From: Myxococcales bacterium
Lineage (GTDB): Bacteria > Myxococcota_A > UBA9042 > JABWCM01 > BTVJ01
Direction of reading: 5' to 3'
Length of the DNA: 64,000 nt
Assembly: GCA_045863395.1 (NCBI GenBank)
Contig: BTVJ01000021.1
Coordinates: 1 to 64,000, forward strand
Below, in pieces: positions 57,050 through 64,000 of this stretch (its first letter is position 1; each line of letters starts with the position of its first letter). The notes beneath the pieces were generated by a model. The model was not told where the DNA came from. It ran no database searches and saw only the letters and a list, made by a program, of their open reading frames with translations. The position numbers and the translations under genes were made by a program.

Positions 57050-57545
57050 ATGACGACGTCACCGCCCCTGCACCAGGCCCTTGTGGAGCTCCTGCGGCTG
57101 CGGCCAGATCGGGTGGTCCAGCTCGCAAGCCCCGAGGAGCAGGATCCATCGGCAGCCGTCGCGCTGTCCGACGCCAACCTTGGCGACCTGGCTCCGCTGG
57201 TGATGCCCGGTGACCATCGTGGTCTTCACGCCGGCCCGAGCGGCGGCGACCTGGGCAGCACGCCCCATCGAGGTCGACGGGTGCGGCGCCGTGGTGGCGA
57301 CCGTGGTCCTCGGGCCGGACCGGATCCCGCCGCTGTCCGGTCCTGCTCAGGCGGCCGCATCCCCTCACCGGGCGGTGCTCTCGGCGCTCACCCACCCTCC
57401 CGGCCGAGGAGGCGCCGAGGTGCTCGCCGCTGCCCTGGCAGCGGCCGCCTGCCTGGACCCGGCCCGGGCTGCGTTCGACCATGGCCTGGCGTGGAGCCGT
57501 GTGGACGAGGCGGCCCGCATTGCACTGGGGGCACTCGGCTCGACC
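57050..57545 (+). pseudogene. Degenerate Rpn-like / PD-(D/E)XK putative transposase-family gene with internal deletion and frameshift
   Basis: Frame 1: LHQALVELLRLRP...LSDANLGDLAP. Frame changes near 57203 to CPVTIVVFTP...WAARPIE...VLGPDRIP...AVLSALTH...LD..RA...AAR.AL. The central nuclease core is missing. Confidence 0.55.
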
Positions 57546-57639
57546 GCGTCATCGACGCGTCCCCCGCGGACGCGCTGCTCTCCGACGGCTGAGCCTCCAA
57601 GCAGGCGCCACGGCCGGCGACCTCGCGTCGCCCCGGGCA

Positions 57640-58268
57640 TCACCGACCTGGCGGCCGACTTGGGAGGGTGGCCAACGTTCGCGGTCACCCTTGCGACTCT
57701 GGCAGCAGCCTGCGCAGGCGAGCCCCAAGGCGAAGGGCCCGGAGAGGGGGCACGCCGCGATGTGAGCCTGATCGACGCGGCTCCGCAAGGTGACTCGTCG
57801 AACGGGTCGGGATGGCAGGAGGACACCCTGTCGAGGTGGCCCGATGACTCGGGCTCGGCCGGTGTCGGCGCCGGGAGTCTGCCCGACCTGCGAGGCCCAC
57901 GGGGCGACGTGCCCGCCTCCCCCGTGGGCGCCAGCGACCCGGCCGACGAGCCCCCGTCCCCGGAGGTCTCCGGCGAACCGGCCGGCGTGCCCGCCCCTCC
58001 CGTGGACGCCGGCGAGCCCGCGGACGCCCCGCCGCAGCCCGTGGGCGCGGGCGAGCCGACCGACGCGAGCGATGCGCAGGAAGGCGTCGTGTGCGTGCCG
58101 TCGTGCGACGGGGAGGGCCGCGGGGACGACGCCTGCGGAGGGCCCTGCGGCACCTGCGGGGACGGCGTCCTCGCCTGCGACGCAGAGGGGACGGCGCTCC
58201 TTGCCGCGCGCGCTCCATCCGGGGTGTCGGTTCCCGCGAGCGTGAGGCGCCGCATCGAGCTGAAGTAG
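57640..58268 (+). other. Probably degraded lipoprotein-like coding remnant
   Basis: TLATLAAAC lipobox-like, Pro/Asp linker, eroded CVPSCDG...DDACGGPCGTC motif; no clear start; boundaries approximate. Confidence 0.35.
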
Positions 58269-58734
58269 AACGGGTTCCCCGAGCCGGACATCACGAAGTC
58301 ACCCCCGTGCGCGCGGCTCGCCGACGGCGTCCCTAGCGCCCTGAGCATGACGGGCCTCAAGTTCGGGTTCGGAGTGCCCTACTCTCTCCAAGCCGGGGTC
58401 GGCTGGGATCCGTCGCCCCTCGCGTCCATCCCCCCTGCACGGCCGACCACGTGCTCGAGTGCCGCATCAGCAACCGGAGGTCCTGGTGAGGTGGGTGAGG
58501 GCCCCACTCCTTGGCCAGTCCTGAACCGGACACGGCAGCCGGCCCTATCGCGCGAGACGCCACCAGGAGTTGGAGCGCACCGGCAGCCGACGGCGGCCCT
58601 CGACGTGCGCACCCAGCAGCCCAGGAGCCGGAGTGACACCTGGCGCCACACGGTGCGGGGCCCCGCCAGTCCTGGGACGTGGATCTTCCGCCGGATCGGC
58701 GCTACCGTCATGGGCATCGCCTCCGGAGGGCCCC

Positions 58735-61700
58735 ATGCGCCACGCCTCGCTCGTCCTCGCCCTCGCCCTCGCCGCCTGCGACGAGACCGTGATGCTCGGA
58801 GAGAGCGCCGATCTCCAAGGGCCCGCCCCCTTCGGTGTGCCCGAGGGAGGTGGCTGGACCCAGGACGCGCTCCCCGACGCCTTCACGCCCGACGGGTGCA
58901 CGACCTGCGAGGCCCCGACCGGCTTCTGCGGCGGCCGCGCGGACGGCGACTTCTGTAGTGGGGCGAAGCTCATCCATTGCCAGAGTGGCGCAACCACTGG
59001 GACCACGCCCTGCCCCGCCGGCTGCATCGCGCCTCCGGGCGGGCTGCCGCACGTGTGCGCCGCCCCCCCGGGCGACGCCTTCTGCGACGGGCGCCCCGAC
59101 GGTGCGTGGTGCGACGGGTCGACCCTGGTCGCCTGCGAGGCGGGCGCGGTCTCAGCCGAGGTCGCCTGCCCCCTCGGGTGCGCCAGCGCGCCCCAGCCCC
59201 ACTGCGCGGCCGACTCTGGCGAGGCCCTGTGCTCCGGCAAGCCGGACGGCCCGACCTGCAGCGGATCTTTGCTGGTCACCTGCGCGGGCGGGCTCGCCAC
59301 CGGGCAGACGCCGTGCTCCCTCGGGTGCGCGGCGGGCCCGCCGGCCCAGTGTGAGGCGGCGGTGGGCGACGCCTTCTGCGCGCCCCTGCAGGACGGCACC
59401 CACTGCAAGGGCAGCACGCTCGTCACGTGCAGCGGCGGCAAGGCGGCGAGCCAGGCCCAGTGCCTCAACGGCTGCGTGGCGGGCGCGGGGGCGGGCTTCT
59501 GCGCCAGCGGCACCGAGCAGGGCTTCTGCGCGGGGAAGGCGGACGGCCCCTGGTGCGACGGCCAGGCGCTCCGCACCTGCGCCGGCGGCCAGATCGCCGC
59601 GACCACCCCCTGCCCCTTCGGCTGCGTGGTCCACCAGGACGGCGACGCCTGCGGCGACCCGAGCAACCCCACCTTCTGTGCGGGCCTGCCCGACGGCCCC
59701 CACTGCAACGGCCCGGCCCTCGCCGTCTGCCAGGGCGGGCAGGTCACGTCCGAGCTGGGCTGCCCCTTCGGGTGCAAGTCGGAGGCGACCGGCGCCTCCT
59801 GCGCCGCCGACACCTTCTGCGCAGTGGTGCCCCAGAAAGCCTCGCAGAGCCCGCCGGCGGCGGCGTGCAGCGCCATGGACTGGACCCTCGAGCCCGACGG
59901 CTTCTACCTGATCAGCCAGTTCGGCACGACCAACGACCCGACCACCCTCGGAAAGCCGACGAGCTGCGGCTACCTCCAGAGCCAGTACAACGCCAAAGGC
60001 TGCGCCTGGGACGCGGGCGCGGGCGCCTGCACGAGCGCGGGGGCGCAGATCCCCTGGATTCAGGGCCACGTGGACTGGGACTATGCCAAAGTGGTCGGCG
60101 CGGGCTTCGGCGGCCCGTCCGCCTACTTCTACGTGGCGGGCGCCCAGCGCTTCGGCTGCGGGGCGTTGCTGCGGGTGACCAACCCGGCCACGGGGGCCTG
60201 CGTGGTCGCCTACGCCGAGGACGGCGGTCCCGGAGCCCTCTACGAGGGGGCCACCTACGGCGGGCGCCGCATCGTGGACGCCTCCCCGGCGGTGATCGCG
60301 ACCCTCGCCATCCAGAAGACCGGCTGGAAGAACAGCGACCTGGTGCGGGTGGAGTGGGGCAAGCCCGGCGACGTGCCAGGGCAACCCTGCGCGCCCTGCG
60401 CCGCCATCCCGGCCAAGCTCGGCACCGAGAACAACGCGGCGCCCTGGAGCCTCCTGCACATGGTGCCGAGCTGCGGCACCGGCGGCGAGGGCTGCCCCGC
60501 CGGCCCGGGCCTCTACTGCGGCACCCCTCCTCAAGACACGGCCGCCCTCTACTACTGCGCCAATGGCAGCTACACCCTCCAGTCCGCCTGCACCGGCGGC
60601 TGCCAGCAGAACCCGCCGGGCACGCCCGACTCCTGCGCCGGAGAGACGCCCAAGACCTGCCCGTCCGGTGACGGCTTCTACTGTGGCGCCTCCGTCGGTC
60701 TCGACCCGCAGACCCTCTACGCCTGCAAGGGCGGGTCCTTCGCCACCGCCCAGGTGTGCCCGAGCGGCTGCCAGACCATGCCCGCCGGCCAGAACGACCA
60801 GTGCCAGGGCGCAGAGACCGCCTGCCCCGCCGGCGACGGCGCATACTGCGGCGGGTCCCTCGGCAAGGACCCGGGCACCCTCTATCAGTGCACCGGCGGC
60901 CAGGCCAGCGTCCTCCAGGTGTGCCAGGAAGGCTGCCAGGTCAAGCCGCCCGGCTCTCCCGACGCCTGCTACGCGGGCCCGGCCGCCTGCCCCGGCGGCA
61001 ACGGAGCCTACTGCGGCGCCTCGGTCGGCAAAGACGGCAACACCCTGTACCAGTGCACCAACGGCACCTGGTCGGTGCTCCAGAGCTGCCCGAGCGGCTG
61101 CCAGCAGATGCCGGCGGGCACCCAGGACCAGTGCAAGGGCGGCTCGTGCCCGTCCGGCGACGGGGCCTACTGCGGCTCGTCCGTGGGCGGCGACGCCAAC
61201 ACCCTATACGCCTGCAAGGGCGGCGCACTGAGCCCGCTCCAGACCTGCTCGGCGGGCTGCCAGGTCAACGCCGCGGGCACGGACGACGCCTGCAAGAGCG
61301 CGGGCGGCTGCCCGGCCGGCAACGGCGCCTACTGCGGCGGCGCGCTGGGCAAGGACGCGAGCACCCTCTACCAGTGCACCAACGGGGCCACGAGCGTCAT
61401 CCAGGTGTGCCCGAACGGCTGCCAGCAGAACCCGCCCGGCACCCCCGACTCCTGCGCGGGCTCTCCGACGGGCAAGCTCGTGATGTGCAACCCCTTCAAG
61501 CCTCCCAAGGGCGTGACCTGCGCCGTCGGGTGCTACGCGGGCCACGCGGGCAGCGACTACGCGACCAACGAAGGCACCCCCGTCTACTCCCCCATCGACG
61601 GGACCGTCTCGAAGGTGGTGAACACGGTCCCAGGGCAGACCTGCGCCCCCGACTTCGGCAACCACGTGCGCATCGCCCAGGGCAGCTACGAGGTGATCCT

Positions 61701-62742
61701 GGCCCACATGCGCAAGGACATCCAGGTGGGCGCAAACGCCCCCGTCTCCATGGGGCAGCTCGTCGGCTACGTCTCCAACACGGGCTACACCTTGTCTCTC
61801 GTCGGGGGCGCGTGGAAGTGCCAGGCGGGCGGCGGCTACCACCTGCACCTGGAGACCCGCAAGAGCGGCGCCGCCTTCGACCCCTACGCGTCGAGCAACG
61901 TGACCTGGGCCGAGGGCTGCGGCGGAGGCGGCGGAGGCTCCTGCCCGAGCGGCGACGGCCTCTACTGCGGCGGTAGCGTGGGAAAAGACTCGAACACCCT
62001 CTACTCCTGCGCCGGGGGCAGCTACTCGGTCGTCCAATCCTGCCCGAACGGCTGCCAGTCCATGCCGGCCGGGCAGAGCGACCAGTGCGCGACGGGCGCG
62101 TCGTGCCCGAGCGGCAACGGAGACTACTGCGGATCGAGTCTCGGCAAGGACTCGAACACCCTCTACAAGTGCACCGACGGCGTGATCACGGAGATCCAGA
62201 AGTGCAGCAACGGCTGCGAGACCATGCCCGCGGGCACCAGCGACCAGTGCAAGGCGGACTCTCCCAAGTGCCCGAGCGGCAACGGCAACTACTGCGGTTC
62301 CAGTCTCGGAAAAGACGCGAACACCCTCTACAAGTGCACCGACGGCTCCATCACCGAGCTTCAGAAGTGCAGCAACGGCTGCGAGACCATGCCCGCGGGC
62401 ACGAGCGACCAGTGCAAATCGGGCGGGGGCTGCCCGAGCGGAAACGGACTCTACTGCGGCGGCTCGCTCGGCAAGGACGGCAAGACCCTCTACAACTGCA
62501 CCAACGGTTCGACGAGCTTCTCCGCATACTGCGCCTCTGGCTGCACGGTCGCGCCACCGGGGCAGTCCGACTACTGCGCCGGGGGGAGCTGCCCGAGCGG
62601 AAACGGCGCCTACTGTGGACAGACGGGCGGCCTCTCGTCGAGCACCCTCTACAACTGCAGCAACGGGAAATGGACAGTGCTCCAGCAGTGCGGCGGCACC
62701 TGCGTCGTCGCGCCGCCGGGGCAGCCGGACAAGTGCCCATGA
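58735..62742 (+). CDS. Large Cys-repeat lipoprotein with a DPBB (RlpA/expansin-like) domain and an M23 peptidase domain
   Basis: RBS ggagg; LAAC; RFGCGALLRVTNP...VVAYAEDGGP...RIVDASP; HAGSDY..GTPVYSPIDG, FGNHV, LAHM, HLHLE; 6 FC....DG..C repeats and 11 CP.G.G.YCG repeats. Confidence 0.87.
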   Translation: MRHASLVLALALAACDETVMLGESADLQGPAPFGVPEGGGWTQDALPDAFTPDGCTTCEAPTGFCGGRADGDFCSGAKLIHCQSGATTGTTPCPAGCIAPPGGLPHVCAAPPGDAFCDGRPDGAWCDGSTLVACEAGAVSAEVACPLGCASAPQPHCAADSGEALCSGKPDGPTCSGSLLVTCAGGLATGQTPCSLGCAAGPPAQCEAAVGDAFCAPLQDGTHCKGSTLVTCSGGKAASQAQCLNGCVAGAGAGFCASGTEQGFCAGKADGPWCDGQALRTCAGGQIAATTPCPFGCVVHQDGDACGDPSNPTFCAGLPDGPHCNGPALAVCQGGQVTSELGCPFGCKSEATGASCAADTFCAVVPQKASQSPPAAACSAMDWTLEPDGFYLISQFGTTNDPTTLGKPTSCGYLQSQYNAKGCAWDAGAGACTSAGAQIPWIQGHVDWDYAKVVGAGFGGPSAYFYVAGAQRFGCGALLRVTNPATGACVVAYAEDGGPGALYEGATYGGRRIVDASPAVIATLAIQKTGWKNSDLVRVEWGKPGDVPGQPCAPCAAIPAKLGTENNAAPWSLLHMVPSCGTGGEGCPAGPGLYCGTPPQDTAALYYCANGSYTLQSACTGGCQQNPPGTPDSCAGETPKTCPSGDGFYCGASVGLDPQTLYACKGGSFATAQVCPSGCQTMPAGQNDQCQGAETACPAGDGAYCGGSLGKDPGTLYQCTGGQASVLQVCQEGCQVKPPGSPDACYAGPAACPGGNGAYCGASVGKDGNTLYQCTNGTWSVLQSCPSGCQQMPAGTQDQCKGGSCPSGDGAYCGSSVGGDANTLYACKGGALSPLQTCSAGCQVNAAGTDDACKSAGGCPAGNGAYCGGALGKDASTLYQCTNGATSVIQVCPNGCQQNPPGTPDSCAGSPTGKLVMCNPFKPPKGVTCAVGCYAGHAGSDYATNEGTPVYSPIDGTVSKVVNTVPGQTCAPDFGNHVRIAQGSYEVILAHMRKDIQVGANAPVSMGQLVGYVSNTGYTLSLVGGAWKCQAGGGYHLHLETRKSGAAFDPYASSNVTWAEGCGGGGGGSCPSGDGLYCGGSVGKDSNTLYSCAGGSYSVVQSCPNGCQSMPAGQSDQCATGASCPSGNGDYCGSSLGKDSNTLYKCTDGVITEIQKCSNGCETMPAGTSDQCKADSPKCPSGNGNYCGSSLGKDANTLYKCTDGSITELQKCSNGCETMPAGTSDQCKSGGGCPSGNGLYCGGSLGKDGKTLYNCTNGSTSFSAYCASGCTVAPPGQSDYCAGGSCPSGNGAYCGQTGGLSSSTLYNCSNGKWTVLQQCGGTCVVAPPGQPDKCP

Positions 62743-62755
62743 CCGCGAGGCGCCC

Positions 62756-63760
62756 GTGACCACCCCGCTCCTGACCCCGTGGCCGACGCTGGCGCACCTC
62801 CCGTGGCGCGCCATCGAGGACGGCCTGATCAACGCGACCTTCGCCGTGGGCTCCCCGCCCGTCGCCGTGGTGCAGGCGCTCGCCCCGATCTTCACCGCGG
62901 CGGTCAACGACGACATCGACGCCGTGACGCGGCACATCCAGTCCCGCGGCCTGGAGACCCCGCTGCTCCTGCGCACCGGCGACGGCGCCACCTGCGCCAC
63001 CCAGGACGGCCGCTGCTGGCGTGCCCTGACGTGGATCCCCGGAGAGACGGTGCACCGCTTGACCAGCCCCGAACAAGCCCGGGAGGCCGGCGCCCTCGTC
63101 GGCCGCTGGCACCGGGCCACGGCCGACCTGGATCACGCGTTCGCCTTCGCCCGCGCGGGCGTCCACGACACACCGGCCCACATGCGCGACCTGGAATCCG
63201 CGGTCGCCGCCCACCCGGACCACCGCCTCGCCGCCGAGGCCGCTCCCCTCGCGGCGGCCATCCTCGCCGCGTGGCGAAGCCTCCCCTCCTCTCCGCCCGC
63301 CCCCCTCCAGGTCTGCCACGGCGACCTGAAGGTCTCCAATGTGCGCTTCCGTGAGGGCCGCGCCGTCGCCCTGGTGGACCTGGACACCATGGGCATGCAG
63401 TCCCTGGATGCCGAGCTGGGTGATGCGTGGAGGAGCTGGTGCAACCCCCGAGGCGAGGACACCACGGACGCCACGCTCGATCTGGTCCTCCTGGAGGCCG
63501 CCGCCAAGGGCTATCTCGCCGAGCGCCCGCTCCCCCCGGACGTCCGGGAGGCGGTGGCCACAGGCCCCGAGCGCATCGCCCTGGAGCTGGCCGCCCGCTT
63601 CTGCCGTGACGCACTGGAGGAGCGCTACTTCGGCTTCTCGCCGAGGGTCGCCCCCACCCGCGGCGACCACAACCTGCTCCGCGCCCGAGGGCAGCTCGCT
63701 CTTGCCACCGCGATGCGCACCCACCGCGACGCGATCCGGCGCATCCTCGCAGGCGCCTGA
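62756..63760 (+). CDS. APH-family phosphotransferase (N-acetylhexosamine-kinase-like)
   Basis: GLINATF, HDTPAH, CHGDLKVSN, VDLDT, ELGDAWRSWCN. Confidence 0.8.
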   Translation: MTTPLLTPWPTLAHLPWRAIEDGLINATFAVGSPPVAVVQALAPIFTAAVNDDIDAVTRHIQSRGLETPLLLRTGDGATCATQDGRCWRALTWIPGETVHRLTSPEQAREAGALVGRWHRATADLDHAFAFARAGVHDTPAHMRDLESAVAAHPDHRLAAEAAPLAAAILAAWRSLPSSPPAPLQVCHGDLKVSNVRFREGRAVALVDLDTMGMQSLDAELGDAWRSWCNPRGEDTTDATLDLVLLEAAAKGYLAERPLPPDVREAVATGPERIALELAARFCRDALEERYFGFSPRVAPTRGDHNLLRARGQLALATAMRTHRDAIRRILAGA

Positions 63761-63768
63761 TCCGCCCC

Positions 63769-64000
63769 CTACCGCGCGAGCCGCGACACCTGCTCCGCGT
63801 ACGCCCGCGGCGAGAGCGCCTCGCCGGTGACCGCCCGGGTCAGCTCACCCCACGACAGCCGCGCGCCGGGCTCGAAGAGGCGCTCCTTCAAGAACGCCCC
63901 CACCTTGGGGTCGCCCACGTACACCGCCTCGAAGGGGTCCGCGACCTTCTGGACGTCCCGGGCGATGACCGCGTGGACCTGGGCCCCGAACAGCTCCCCC
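63769..64000 (-). CDS. C-terminus of an M2/M3-type metallopeptidase (runs off the window)
   Basis: GELFGAQVH...YVGDPKVGAFLKERLFEPGARLSWGELTRAVTGEALSPRAYA. Confidence 0.6.
   Translation of the reverse strand, partial: GELFGAQVHAVIARDVQKVADPFEAVYVGDPKVGAFLKERLFEPGARLSWGELTRAVTGEALSPRAYAEQVSRLAR

Noticed and set aside
62756..63760. Aminoglycoside resistance kinase
   Set aside because: Motifs (GLIN.TF, HxDLKxxN, DLDT) fit the sugar-kinase-like branch better; no mobile context
1..64000. tRNA, rRNA or prophage genes
   Set aside because: No cloverleaf/T-loop signature, rRNA-like segment or phage structural gene recognised by eye; a covariance-model scan would be needed to exclude small RNAs

Overview
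Very GC-rich bacterial chromosomal DNA, most consistent with Myxococcota or a related delta-proteobacterial lineage. The signs are MYXO-CTERM-like tails, an AgmX/PglI-type C-terminal domain, and many Cys-rich lipoproteins with Asp/Gly/Ala linkers. About 42 genes are supported. They include: giant Cys-repeat surface proteins; a convergent pair of a Pab1020/Rnl3-type RNA ligase and an RNA-free RNase P (HARP); ric/ytfE behind a sigma54 promoter with NorR-like and IHF-like sites; sbcCD; a CotH kinase; wza/wzc; ctaA; a UGA(Sec)-containing selD with a downstream hairpin; an exported dikinase with glucan-water-dikinase-like domain order; DDAH; a molybdopterin oxidoreductase; nrfH-nrfA (CXXCH-type NrfA broken by an in-frame TAG); a GH13 lipoprotein; and a DPBB+M23 Cys-repeat cell-wall hydrolase. 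A MNT-HEPN toxin-antitoxin fragment, clipped at both ends, lies between 27-bp inverted repeats. No rRNA, tRNA or CRISPR array was recognised. All family calls come from motif recognition by eye, not database searches.
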